Source: Macrostomum lignano (taxonomy: Eukaryota). Taken from it: a DNA stretch of 64,000 bases. The notes beneath the pieces are model-generated. The model worked only from the letters and a program-made list of their open reading frames with translations, had not been told where the DNA came from and did no database searches. The DNA lies in the NCBI GenBank assembly GCA_002269645.1, contig NIVC01000194.1:1-64000 (forward strand), given 5' to 3'. Positions 21,939-35,050 of the stretch are shown here, in pieces (positions within the stretch are counted from its first letter, which is position 1; each line of letters starts with the position of its first letter). The translations under genes were made by a program, and so were the position numbers.

Positions 21939-24900
21939 ATGGAGCTCAGCAGTCAGCGGTTCAACTCCCTGGCCACCAAGGAGATCTCGCAGATCGTCAA
22001 TGTGGAAAATGCCAAGCGCCTGGCGCTGCTGCTGATGGTCTGCTTCTCCGCCTACCACGGCGTCCTGCTGCTCAAGTCCGGCGGTGACACCTGCAAGTGG
22101 CTGCTGTCCGAGGGCCGTTTCCAGGGCTACAGCACCTGGCAACCGTCCGGCTGCATGGCGCACAAATACTCCCGTCAGGACCTGAGCATGTGCCTGAATT
22201 ACATCGCCTACTGGGGCGGCCAGAACTCCATCTACTTTGTCGGCGACTCTCGCATGCGCGCGCTGTTCTCGGCTTTTGTCGAACTGCTCAGCGGCTCCCC
22301 GGCCGGGCCGCAGCGCACGGAGCTGCAGTCGGCGCCAACCAAGCTGCGCGCCGTGTTCAAGCGCTACCCGCGAACCGACGCCGATCTGCGCAGCTTCCTG
22401 GCGGCTCTGAACCGCGCCCCGCCCCAGCTGGTGGTGCTCGGCCACGGCCTCTACCAGGCTGCCAATGCCAGCGTGCTGGACTCGCTTGTGCGCCAGTTTG
22501 GCGCCAATCTGAGCGCCGCTTTGCCGCAGCTGGTGGCCCTGCGCGATCGCAGCAAGCTGCTGTGGAAGCTCCAGGACCCGGTGGACGAGCTGGCCGTCAA
22601 CGCCAGCCGCTACGCCTCCAACGGCCTCATCAACCGGCTGAATGAAGCCGCCAGGAGGGTGCTGGACCCCAGCGGCATCAGCGTCTGGAGCTCCAGCCGG
22701 CTCATCGCCGAGGGCGTCGGCTTCTTCAACAGCTCGGACGGCGTATCGCTCAGCCCGCTGGCGCTCAACTGGGATGTGCAGGTCGGGAATTTTCTCTCCC
22801 CTTTAAAGCACTTTTGGCAATCTGGTATTCCCATATCTCATTCGCTATTTCCCATATCCTATCCGGTATTCCCCATATCCCATCCGCTATTCCCCATATC
22901 TATCCCATATTCCCCATATCCCATCCGCTATTCCCCATATCCCATCTGGTATTCCCCATATCCCACCCTGTATTCCCCATATCCCATCCGCTATTCCCCA
23001 TATCCCACCCTGTATTCCCCATATCCCATCCGCTATTCCCCATATCTATCCCATATTCCCCATATCCCATCCGCTATTCCCCATATCCCATCTGGTATTC
23101 CCCATGCTCCCATTCAGTATTTCCCATTTCTCCAGCCATACGCCTTATCCCATGTTTCTCATTCCATTTCGGAACAATTCCATCTTCCCAACCAGGTGTT
23201 GGCCAACTTCTACTGCAACAACCACATGAAGTACTCGGACGGCACCTGCTGCTCGGTGCCGGAGCCCGTGACCATCAGCCAGCTGCTCACCTTCGCCTTC
23301 TTCGCCTGCTGGGCTGTGGTGGCCGGCCTGCTCTGCCTGTTCAATGCCTTTGTTCGCAAGGACGGCGGCCGCCGCCTCAAGCCGACCTACGCCATGACGC
23401 ATCAGCGCACCGGCTCGGACGCCAGCCCCTTCTCCGTCATCGACTCGCTGCACGAGCTCGCCTGTGCTCTGGCCAAGCTGGGCCTCGTGCTCGGCTACTT
23501 TTTCGTCTGCGACCGGACCTCCTTCTTCATGAAGGAGAACAAAACCTTCACCGCGCTCAACTTTGTCATCCCGCTGCTGTACGTGCTGGTCCTGGGGCTG
23601 TTCTTCACCGACAACTCGCAGTACACCCAGCTGCTGCACCGGGATGTCACGGACGAGTGGAAGGGAGTGGCCCAGCTCATCATCCTGGTGTACCACATGA
23701 CCTCCGCCTCGCAGGTAGGGTCTGGGTGTCTGATTAGGTTGCCTGGGCCCTGTTTGTTGGACCCCGTGTCCCTATCCCCAAATCCCAAGGCTCCCTGTCC
23801 CTATCCCCAAATCCCAAGGCTCCGTGTCCCTATCCCCAAATCCCAAGGCTCCGTGTCCCTATCCCCAAATCCCAAGGCTCCGTGTCCCTATCCCCAAATC
23901 CCAAGGCTCCCTGTCCCTATCCCCAAATCCCAAGGCTCCGTGTCCCTATCCCCAAATCCCAAGACCCCGTGTCCCTATCCCCAAATCCCAAGACCCCGTG
24001 TCCCTATCCCCAAATCCCAAGGCTCCGTGTCCCTATCCCCAAATCCCAAGGCTCCGTGTCCCTATCCCCAAATCCCAAGGCTCCGTGTCCCTATCCCCAA
24101 ATCCCAAGGCTCCCTGTCCCTATCCCCAAATCCCAAGACCCCGTGTCCCTATCCCCAAATCCCAAGACCCCGTGTCCCTATCCCCAAATCCCAAGGCTCC
24201 GTGTCCCTATCCCCAAATCCCAAGGCTCCGTGTCCCTATCCCCAAATCCCAAGGCTCCGTGTCCCTATCGCCAAATCCCAAGGCTCCGTGTCCCTATCCC
24301 CAAATCCCAAGGCTCCGTGTCCCTATCGCCAAATCCCAAGGCTCCGTGTCCCTATCGCCAAATCCCAAGGCTCCGTGTCCCTATCCCCAAATCCCAAGGC
24401 TCCGTGTCCCTATCGCCAAATCCCCAGATCACTCAAGATAAACAGCAATCCCAAAACTAGTCAAACTTGCACCGCTAATTCACTTCGCCCCCGTTCCCAG
24501 GTGCTCCCGGTGTACATGCACATCCGGGTGTGCGTGTCCAGCTACCTGTTCCTATCCGGCTTCGGTCACATGACCTATTTCTGGTCCCGCGGCTTCAAGG
24601 GCTGCCTGGTGCGCGGCCTGCGCGTGCTGTTCCGCATGAACGTGCTGGTGGTGTGCCTCTGCCTGGTCATGAACCGGCCCTACCAGTTCTATTACTTTGT
24701 GCCGCTGGTGTCTCACTGGTTCCTGGTCACCTTCTTCATGGCGGTCGCCTGGCCCCGGGTCTGCCAGGCCACTCTCGAACGCCGGCCGGGCTTCACTCTG
24801 GCAGCCGCGGCGGCCAAGCTCGGCGTGGTAGTCCTGTTGGTGTCGCTGCTGTACGCCTCGGAGTACGCCTTCAGCAAGCTGTTCCTCAGCGGCCCGGCCA

Positions 24901-26239
24901 GGTCGCTGTTTGTCGCCTCGGAGGACCGGTCCCGGGAGTGGCGCTTCCGCTGGTCGCTGGACCGCTACTCCAGCCTGGCCGGCGCCGCCGCCGCCATCTG
25001 CATCCAGGCGGCCAGGCACTTCCGCCTGCTGGACGACAGTCACCAGGTGGGGAGCGATGCCGGGGAAGGGGAATTCAAGATGCTTTATAGACTGGTAGAA
25101 GGGTAAGAGCTTCTTAATTCCAGAAGAGATGTGGAATGAGGAAGCACACGTATTCGGGGAAGGATGGATAGCGAATGGTGGACAGGTTGTAGGACACCGG
25201 GCATGTTACGTAGGACCGGACAGGTTATGTAGGACCGGACAGGTTGTAGGTGACCGGACAGGTTGAAGTAGACCGGACAGGTAGTAGGTGACCGGAGAGG
25301 TTGTAGTGGACCGGACAGATTGTAGGGGACCGGACAGGTTGTAGGTGACCGGACAGATTGTAGGGGACCGGACATGTTGTATGGGACCGGACAGGTTGTA
25401 GGTGACCGGACAGGTGGTAGGGGACCGGTCAGGTTGTAGGGGACCGGACAGGTTGTAGGGGACCGGACAGGTTGTAGGTGACCGGTCAGGTTGTAGGGGA
25501 CCGGACAGGTTGTAGGGGACCGGACAGGTAGTAGTGGACCGGACAGGTAGTAGGGGACCGGTCAGGTTGTAGGGGACCGGACAGGTTTTAGGGGACCGGT
25601 CAGGTTGTAGAGGACCGGACAGGTTTCGCTGAAAAGCAGAAACAGCAAGCTAGAATGGCGGTCTGTTTTGTCACAGACAGACTTAAAGTGAATTCGCCGT
25701 ATTTCCCCAAAGCACCGAAAGCCCCCTTTCGCCACCATCCAAAGGGTGACCTGGCGGGCCGCGGCGTGGCAGCCGGCCTGAGCCTGGTCGGCCTGCTGGC
25801 CTGCCTGTCCTACACGGCCTTCGCCGTGCTGTGCCCCAGCAAGCAGGACTGCAACTCGGTGCACCCGCTGCTGGTGGTGCTGCCGATCCTGGGCTACGCC
25901 TGCGTCCGCAACGTGTGGGGCTCCCTGCGCCAGCGCTACTCCGTGTTCTTCGCCTGGTTCGGCCGCATCGCCCTGGAGCTGTTCATCGCCCAGTACCACG
26001 TGTGGCTGTCCAACGATACTAGCGGCCTGCTTGTGCTCATACCGTCCAACTATGTGCTCAACCTGATCACCACGTCATTCATATTTGTGTGCCTGGCGCA
26101 CGAGGTTCACTCCATCACCCGGCTGCTGACGCCCTACGCTGTGCCCGACGACTGGCGCCTGGCGATGCGGAACCTGCTGATCTTCTGCGCCGTGCTGGTG
26201 CCCATCGGGGTGACGCATGGCGCTTTCTCGTTCAGCTGA
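21939..26239 (+). CDS. CASD1: CASD1 family O-acetyltransferase, 800 aa; exons 21939-22781, 23196-23714, 24501-25046, 25745-26239
   Basis: GDS(R) motif, YCN...DGTCC, DRT.FFMKENK, TDEWKG, FYYFVPL, EW.FRWSLDRY, WFGRIALELFI.QYHVWL; all introns phase 0 GT-AG; length close to the ~800-aa family norm. Confidence 0.95.
22825..23110. repeat. 21-bp minisatellite in CASD1 intron 1 (tattccccatatcccatccgc)
   Basis: Direct inspection. Confidence 0.92.
23760..24430. repeat. 29-bp minisatellite in CASD1 intron 2 (gtccctatccccaaatcccaaggctccgt)
   Basis: Direct inspection. Confidence 0.95.
25200..25625. repeat. 20-bp minisatellite in CASD1 intron 3 (ggaccggacaggttgtaggg)
   Basis: Direct inspection. Confidence 0.93.
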
Positions 26240-26344
26240 GGCCCCGTGGATTCGCCTGAGACTGTCTGCTGCCCTCCTGCTGGGTGGCGCATTCCATACT
26301 GGATTTGCTCTTAGCTGATTCACTTTTGCTTGCGTGACTTCTGT

Positions 26345-27050
26345 GAGGTGGAAATAGAGTCAGGGGTGAGATGGAGAGTCAGGGTGAGAATGAGAGGAAG
26401 ATGGGGAGTCAGGGTGAGTCTGAGAGGAAGATGCATAGTCAGGTGAGACTGAGAGGAAAATTGAGAGTCAGGGTGAGACTGAGAGAGATAAAGATGGAGA
26501 GTCAGGGTGAGACTGAGAGACAAAGATGGAGAGTCAGAATGAGACTGAGAGAGATGGAGATGGAGAGTCAGGGTGAGACTGAGACATGAAGATGGAGAGT
26601 CAGGGTGAGACTGAGAGATAAATATGGAGAGTCAGAATGAGACTGAGAGAGATGGAGATGGAGAGTCAGGGTGAGACTGAGACATGAAGATGGAGAGTCA
26701 GGGTGAGACTGATACTAATTGAGATCGAGAGTCAAGGTTGAGACTGAGACAGATGGAGATGGAGAGTCAGGAGTGAGACTGAGACAGTTGGAGACGGAGA
26801 GTCAGGGATGAGACTGAGAGAGATGGAGATGGAGAGTCAGGGATGAGACTGAGAGAGATGGAGAGTCAGGGGTGAGACTGAGACAGTTGGAGACGGAGAG
26901 TCAGGGATGAGACTGAGAGAGATGGAGATGGAGAGTCAGGGATGAGATTGAGAGAGATGGAGATTCAGGGGTGAGACTGAGACAGTTGGAGACGGAGAGT
27001 CAGGGATGAGATTGAGAGAGATTGAGATGGAGAGTCAGGGGTGAGACTGA
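26345..27050. repeat. GAGAGTCAGGGTGAGACT-based array downstream of CASD1
   Basis: Direct inspection. Confidence 0.9.
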
Positions 27051-27819
27051 ATTTAAACCCAACAGCTTAGAAGCAACTTATAGCTTGGCTTGAATTTATT
27101 CACTGCTTCTCCAATTTGTTTCTTTGCCTATCAAAGCTGCGGAACTGGGCCCGAGGCCCGGGGCACATCCTATTTTGTGAATCGCTTGCTTTTTGTGGTA
27201 GATTTCTATCCTATCTGTTCTACTAGCCCTCAGCTGTACCTATTCTGGAAATCAAACTAATGCGCATGTGCTGTAGTCATGCTATGCACTCCTGGCCTGT
27301 ACATATAAGTGTAGTTGCGACGTGCAGAGCATGTCACTGGGCTTGCTCTGATGCCCCATAGTTTTTGCATAAAGTTTAATTTATTTTTAGTAGATTTATT
27401 ATAGTTACCGCCTTCCTAGTTTGTTTGCTTTGTTCAGTGAGAAGGCGCTGTCGCCGTTTCTGTGTGCGTTTGAATGCTCTTCGGCACTTTATACGCTTTA
27501 TATGCTACTCAGTATTTCCTCAAGTAAGTAGTTTGGCTGTAAAGAAAAATTATTTCTTTTTTCTTTATATCTGGCTCTGCAAGCCGGTCGGAGTTGTTGC
27601 GCAATAGTTCCCCTGCCTGATGCACCACCCTGTGCTTTCTCTAGACAGGCACGCTTAACTCTTAATTGCGTTTTTTAGCTTCTCTATCAAAACTTCTCCA
27701 GCTTATTATCGCTGGCTATTTAAGGCAGATTGGAGTTTGTCCCGCTGCTGTCCTGTTTCCATTCTGAGTGCGAGGGAACTGTGAGCATATCAAATGGGCT
27801 ATGAAAGTATGAGGTATCA

Positions 27820-28595
27820 TGTGCGGTATCATGTGCCACTGAATGAGTCATAGTGGCTGTGCGGTATCATGTGCCACAAAATGAGTCATAGTGGCTGTGC
27901 AGTATCATGTGCCACAGAATGAGTCATAGTGGCTGTGCGGAATCATGTGCCACTGAATGAGTCATAGTGGCTGTGCGGAATCATGTGCCACTGAATGAGT
28001 CATAGTGGCTGTGCGGTATCATGTGCCACAAAATGAGTCACAGTGGCTGTGTTGAATCATGTGACTGAATGAGTCATAGTGGCTGTGCGGGGTATCATGT
28101 GCCCGAATGAGTCATAGTGGCTGTGCGGGGTATCATTTGACAGAATGAGTCATAGTGGCTGTGCGGTATCATGTGCACAGAATGAGTCATAGTGGCTGTG
28201 CGGGGTATCATGTAACAGAATGAGTCAATGGCTGTGCGGGGTATCATGTAACAGAATGAGTCAATGGCTGTGCGGGGTATCATGTGACAGAATGAGTCAA
28301 TGGCTGTGCGGGGTATCGTGACAGAATGAGTCATAATGGCTGTGCGGGGTATCATTTGACAGAATGAGTCATAGTGGCTGTGCGGTATCATGTGCACAGA
28401 ATGAGTCATAGTGGCTGTGCGGGGTATCATGTAACAGAATGAGTCAATGGCTGTGCGGGGTATCATGTAACAGAATGAGTCAATGGCTGTGCGGGGTATC
28501 ATGTGACAGAATGAGTCAATGGCTGTGCGGGGTATCGTGACAGAATGAGTCATAATGGCTGTGCGGAATCATGTGATGCGGAATGAGTCATAACA
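27820..28595. repeat. ~38-bp minisatellite with ATGAGTCAT core
   Basis: gaatgagtcatagtggctgtgcggtatcatgtgccaca repeated. Confidence 0.93.
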
Positions 28596-29054
28596 GGCAC
28601 AATTATCCTTTGTGATACGCAAAATGAGTCAAAATTTGCACAATCAAAAACTTTCGTATTCCTTGTGTAACGTCCTAAGCTGCTTTATGTTCCCCTTGTG
28701 GTATCGAGCGATACTACTTTCCTTATCGGCACTATTAGTAGTATTTATTATTTCTATCCTCAAGCAAGCAGATCTGACATATTTATATCTCACGAGCATT
28801 TTTCTAGTAAAAAATTTCTAACATAGAGCATAGATTCCCCGCGTGCAGCACTTCCGGCGTTACCTGTCGTGTGTTTTCCCCTTTTCCCCAGAGAATATCG
28901 CCTTTAAAACCTTCCCATTTGCTACCTAGCACTAACAGTTGACTTGAAGAAACTGAACTGCAGGCCCGTTGCTTTGGCTTTGGCGCTTGTTTTTGTGAGA
29001 CATTGCTGCAACATTTACCGCCTTTAACTTCTGATATTGGACTTTTTTACTTTG

Positions 29055-29500
29055 GCACTCCAGTGACAGCAATCTGTAGGCAGGGCACTCCAGTGACAGC
29101 ACTCTGTAGACAGGGCACTCCAGTGACAGCACTCTGTAGACAGGGCACTCCAGTGACAGCACTCTGTAGACAGGGCACTCCAGTGACATCATTCTGTAGA
29201 CAGGGCACTCCAGTGACAGCACTCTGTAGACAGGGCACTCCAGTGACAGCACTCTGTAGACAGGGCACTCCAGTAACAGCATTCTGTAGACAGGGCACTC
29301 CAGTGACAGCACTCTGTAGACAGGGCACTCTAGTGACAGCACTCTGTAGACAGGGCACTCCAGTGACAGCATTCTGTAGACAGGGCACTCCAGTGACAGC
29401 ATTCTGTAGACAGGGCACTCCAGTGACAGCATTCTGTAGACAGGGCACTCCAGTGACAGCATTCTGTAGACAGGGCACTCCAGTGACAGCACTCTGTAGG
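29055..29500. repeat. 30-bp minisatellite upstream of the TMEM68 first coding exon (gggcactccagtgacagcactctgtagaca)
   Basis: ~15 copies. Confidence 0.95.
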
Positions 29501-29533
29501 CCGCACGGCTGTTCCACTCCCGCAGGCCCAGCA

Positions 29534-32500
29534 ATGCCGGCAGCCGGTCTGGCAGCAGCCCTGGCCGACCTGCTGTTGCCCGATCCTGGCACGCTGAGCT
29601 ACCTGTCATGGCTGTACTATCTGTACCTGCCCGCCATCACCTGCCTGCTGCTGCCCTACCTGGTTGTGCTCTTCCTATACTTCTCCCTGCTCTGGCTGCA
29701 GCTGTGGAAATGGCGCCACCGTCTGGCGGAATCCTACCAATACTCCATCTGGCGGGGCGCCATCCACACAGCCCTTGGCTTCTGGGCCACCTTTGGACGA
29801 CTCTGGCATGGATACGAGGTTGGTAGAGTTTCTGGTCTGCCTGAACAAGCCCACTGATGTACAATCAGCCTTATTGTGTACACTCGGCATAACCAGTCTT
29901 TCCCCAAATTCCCCTAAAAGGTTTCCGGGCTGCACCGGTTGCCTAGCAACGGTCCGGCCCTGCTAATCGTATACCACGGCGTATTCCCGCTGGACGTGTA
30001 CTTCCTGGTGGCCCGCCTGGTGCTGGAGACGGACCGGCAGCCATTCATAGTTGCCGACAATTTCCTGTGGAAGGTGCCGGGCTTCGCCCTGCTGCTGCGC
30101 GTCATGAACGTCACGCCTGGCACCGTGGAGACCTGCGCCGATGCGCTGCGCCAGGGCCGCGTCGTCATCATCATGCCGGGCGGCCTGCGCGAGGCGCTGT
30201 TCGCCGACCCCTTCTACAGCATCGAGTGGTCCCGGCGGACCGGCTTCGCGCGGGTTGCCATCTCTGCTGGAGCCGTGAGCGATCCCGCTGAACTCCCGCG
30301 ATCCCAGATCCTCAGCTGCTGGTCCGCCCGCCACAACTCCCAGATCCTCAGTTGCTGGGCCGCCCTCCCAGATCCTCAGTTGCTGGGCCGCCCTCCCAGA
30401 TCCTCAGTTGCTGGGCCGCCCTCCCAGATCCTCAGTTGCTGGGCCGCCCTCCCAGATCCTCAGTTGCTGGGCCGCCCTCCCAGATCCTCAACTGCTGGTC
30501 CGCCCGCCACAACTCCCAAATCCTCAGCTGCTGGTCCGCCCGCCACAACTCCCAAATCCTCAGTTGCTGGGCCGCCCGCCACAACCCCCAGATCCTCAGT
30601 TGCTGGGCCGCCTTCCCAGATCCTCAGTTGCTGGGCCGCCCGCCACAACCCCCAGATCCTCAGTTGCTGGGCCGCCTTCCCAGATCCTCAGTTGCTGGGC
30701 CGCCTTCCCAGATCCTCAGTTGCTGGGCCGCCTTCCCAGATCCTCAGTTGCTGGGCCGCCTTCCCAGATCCTCAGTTGCTGGGCCGCCCGCCACAACCCC
30801 CAGATCCTCAGTTGCTGGGCCGCCTTCCCAGATCCTCAGTTGCTGGGCCGCCCTTCCAGATCCTCAGTTGCTGGACCGCCCGCCACAACCCCCAGATCCT
30901 CAGTTGCTGGGCCGCCTTCCCAGATCCTCAGTTGCTGGGCCGCCCGCCACAACCCCCAGATCCTCAGTTGCTGGGCCGCCTTCCCAGATCCTCAGTTGCT
31001 GGGCCGCCCTCCCAGATCCTCAGTTGCTGGACCGCCCGCCACAACCCCCAGATCCTCAGTTGCTGGGCCGCCCTCCCAGATCCTCAACTGCTGGTCCGCC
31101 CGCCACAACTCCCAAATCCTCAGCTGCTGGTCCGCCCGCCACAACTCCCAAATCCTCAGTTGCTGGGCCGCCCGCCACAACCCCCAGATCCTCAGTTGCT
31201 GGGCCGCCTTCCCAGATCCTCAGTTGCTGGGCCGCCCGCCACAACCCCCAGATCCTCAGTTGCTGGGCCGCCTTCCCAGATCCTCAGTTGCTGGGCCGCC
31301 TTCCCAGATCCTCAGTTGCTGGGCCGCCTTCCCAGATCCTCAGTTGCTGGGCCGCCCGCCACAACCCCCAGATCCTCAGTTGCTGGGCCGCCTTCCCAGA
31401 TCCTCAGTTGCTGGGCCGCCCTCCCAGATCCTCAGTTGCTGGACCGCCCGCCACAACCCCCAGATCCTCAGTTGCTGGGCCGCCTTCCCAGATCCTCAGT
31501 TGCTGGGCCGCCCGCCACAACCCCCAGATCCTCAGTTGCTGGGCCGCCTTCCCAGATCCTCAGTTGCTGGGCCGCCCTCCCAGATCCTCAGTTGCTGGAC
31601 CGCCCGCCACAACCCCCAGATCCTCAGTTGCTGGGCCGCCTTCCCAGATCCTCAGTTGCTGGGCCGCCCTCCCAGATCCTCAGTTGCTGGACCGCCCGCC
31701 ACAACCCCCAGATCCTCAGTTGCTGGGCCGCCCACCACAACCCCCAGATCCTCAGTTGCTGGGCCGCCCACCACAACCCCCAGATCCTCAGTTGCTGGGC
31801 CGCCCACCACAACCCCCAGATCCTCAGTTGCTGGGCCGCCCGCCACAACTCCCAGATCCTCAGTTGCTGGGCCGCCCTCCCAGATCCTCAGTTGCTGGAC
31901 CGCCCGCCACAACCCCCAGATCCTCAGTTGCTGGGCCGCCTTCCCAGATCCTCAGTTGCTGGGCCGCCCGCCACAACCCCCAGATCCTTAGTTGCTGGGC
32001 CGCCTTCCCAGATCCTCAGTTGCTGGGCCGCCCGCCACAACCCCCAGATCCTCAGTTGCTGGGCCGCCTTCCCAGATCCTCAGTTGCTGGGCCGCCCACC
32101 ACAACCCCCAGATCCTCAGTTGCTGGGCCGCCCACCACAACCCCCAGATCCTCAGTTGCTGGGCCGCCCACCACAACCCCCAGATCCTCAGTTGCTGGGC
32201 CGCCCGCCACAACTCCCAGATCCGTCACTGGTGACAAAAAAGCTCAAATTTGTCGCTTTTACCCGAAATCTCGCGTATTGCTACTTATAGTGGGCGCTAC
32301 TATTAAATATTCACTCCCACCACCCACTTGCAGCCAATCTACCCGGTATTCACCACCAACATTCGCGAGGGCATCTTCTGCTTCCGGCCGGGCCTCGGCC
32401 TGCTGCGCCGGCTGTACGAGCGGACCCGCCTGCCGCTGGTGATCACGCTGGGCTATTTCCCCGTCAAGCTGCGTACCTTCATAGACCGGCCGCTGCTGCC

Positions 32501-32753
32501 GGGTCCCGGCGAGGCGCCAACGAAGCTGGCGCGGCGGACCCAGGAGCGAATGCGCCGCCTCATCGACTCAAAGCAGCGGCTGCCTGGCAGCGTCGTCTGC
32601 GGCCTCCTGATGCGCCTGCCCGCCCTGGAGCGCTGGCTGAGTCCCGCCCCCGCACCTCCGGCTGCTCACGAGTCCGCTGCCATGGCTGGCGACTCAATGA
32701 GCGAAGACTCAGCGGCTGCGAATTCCCCGTTGACTGGATCGCCCGCGTCCTGA
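29534..32753 (+). CDS. TMEM68: TMEM68 (DIESL) acyltransferase; exons 29534-29818, 29921-30274, 32334-32753
   Basis: [68 protein letters not shown] match the TMEM68 family; phase-0 GT-AG introns. Confidence 0.92.
30300..32225. repeat. 28/36-bp mixed-variant minisatellite in TMEM68 intron 2 (ccctcccagatcctcagttgctgggccg)
   Basis: Direct inspection. Confidence 0.97.
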
Positions 32754-33769
32754 CCCCCCCCTCTACTAGTACTTTGGTTTTGAAGGCTCGATTCTGTTTT
32801 CAACGCCTTAGGCAACCATCTGGATCAGCGGTCGGCAAACCTCTATCCGGCCATCGGTTCCTTTAAAGCTTCACATTAAAAATCTCTCTTCTCAGTTCTC
32901 TCTCCCCTCTTCTCTTTTTTTCTCTCCTCTCCTCACATCCCTCCTCCTCTCTCAATCAATCAAAATCAAAGTCCATAACCCCATGATGCGCCACCTCGAG
33001 CTAAACATGCCGACTTTTATTGACCTTCGGAAGTCTGATATTTTTATAGAGCGGAATTGAGCCTTCAACTAAATTTCTATAAATTTCAAGGGTCAAGTCA
33101 ACCTCTTGCTACTCTCTGTCCTTGATTGCTTCAACAGTTCGCAGAGCACTTGTTGCTGTGAATCCGGAATGCCATGGCTGTTGAATCATCATTTTTTAGA
33201 GCAGACTTTCCTCCAGACTGCACTTTGATTTGCCAGCGTCTTTTCAGAATCCACTTTGCAGCATGCCGGAATTTTGGCCCTTTTTGTGTTTTTACTCAAC
33301 TACTGCATGCGCTATTATGTCTACTTTAAGTAAGTAGACATTTAAATACTGGTAAAATTCGTGCAATTGCTGCACAGCTATCCTCAGCTTGGCGAATTGC
33401 AATATTTCTTATCTATTCTCTTATAAACCATTTTGAGCAGCAAATGTTTAACAAATTTTTGTTTGGGTCTCTAGGAATCTGAAGAGATTTTAGTTGCTTC
33501 TTAATCAATTTTTGCTGAATTTATTGTAAATACACAATAAGAACCATCACCTGATTACAGCTGATGTTATAGCCAAATGACCATTTAATTTGTCTGCTTT
33601 TTGTGTGCTCAATGTAGCTTTCTGGGCCACTGCTATGCGGTTCCACCTGGACCAGCAGTCAAAGACGACCAGCCAGCCAGGGACGATCAGCTCTGAGGCA
33701 CACCTGTTTTGATCAGTTCCTGAAGTACACCTATATTGAGCAATGAGAGTGAAGGTACAAATGTCTGAG

Positions 33770-34220
33770 CAGAGAGAGTCAAGGTACACCTGTCTTGAGC
33801 AGTGGCCAGTGAGAGTCAAGGTACACCTGTCTTGAGCAATGAGAGTCGAGGTACCCCTGTCTTGAGCAGTGAGAGTCAAGGTACACCTGTCTTGAGCAGT
33901 GAGAGTCAAGGTACACCTGTCTTGAGCAGTGAGAGTCAAGGTACACCTGTCTTGAGCAGTGAGAGTCAAGGTACACCTGTCTTGAGCAGAGAGAGTCAAG
34001 GTACACCTGTCTTGAGCAGTGAGAGTCAAGGTACACCTGTCTTGAGCAGTGAGAGTCAAGGTACACCTGTCTTGAGCAGAGAGAGTCAAGGTACACCTGT
34101 CTTGAGCAGTGAGAGTCAAGGTACACCTGTCTTGAGCAGAGAGAGTCAAGGTACACCTGTCTTGAGCAGTGAGAGTCAAGGTACACCTGTCTTGAGCAGT
34201 GAGAGTCAAGGTACACCTTG
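33770..34220. repeat. 30-bp minisatellite (gagagtcaaggtacacctgtcttgagcagt)
   Basis: Direct inspection. Confidence 0.95.
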
Positions 34221-35050
34221 ATTTTCCATTTCATAGGCAAATGTGCTTTCGATTGCACGTTGCAGTTACTTCTTGTATTTCGCAGCATCAATTAATTCTT
34301 GCAGTCTCGGGGCCTCGCCTGTCACAGGCTGAGTTCAACTCCCTGTGAGAGAGTTTGGGTGAAGTTGGCTGTGGTCTCAGCTTAGCCAAGGCTACTGTTT
34401 GCTCAAGACTCTGCGCTTGCGGTTTGAGCTAACAGACTGAGCTCTGGCAGTGCCTTGCTGATCTTCCCATCTTCCTTCCTGTCTGCATGCAGCCTTTGAG
34501 TTTGAATAACCGGCCCAGCTCTGGCTCTGGGACTTCCAGCTCAGTTAGTCCGTAGGGGCCTCGGGCACACCAGCGAGGAGGCAAGCAGGCATGCTCATTG
34601 CGCTGGCCTGTGAGCACGGCACACGGATGCGTATGCAGGCTTGCACTCACGCAGGATGTACAAGCGATGCTCTTTCTCATTGATAGGCATGTACACTGTG
34701 CATTGGGGGCTGGCTTCAAGGCAAAGCTTTTGAATTGCGTAACATTTTCATGTGACAGCACGAGAAATCTGTATAATCTGCTTATGCATTTATTATTATT
34801 ATAACATAATACCCTCTTTTTGCTTTCGTTAACTTTAAAAATATTTTGATAAAGAAATTTACAATCTATGTTTTTTAATATTGTTTACAACAGTTTCTTC
34901 ACATGTGTCCACAATGCAGCTCACAGTCCACAGCTCACAGCAAGAGTCAAACCACAGCTTGAGTCCCCGCGCCACAAGAGCGCACCGAGCCAGGCCACGA
35001 AGAGTCTGCTCAAGCTGCCGCAATCCAAGGGCAGCTTCACTCCTCATCAG

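Noticed and set aside
26239-29534. CASD1-TMEM68 operon of two acyltransferases
   Set aside because: 3.3-kb spacing and an Ets-like promoter motif near 28848 suggest independent promoters; the enzymes are unrelated folds.
29939-32442. 783-aa and 696-aa ORFs
   Set aside because: TMEM68 exon 2 reading into a repeat-filled intron; GT-AG sites restore the conserved protein.
32826-32845. hAT-like left end CAGCGGTCGGCAAACC
   Set aside because: No matching right TIR or TSD found in the window.
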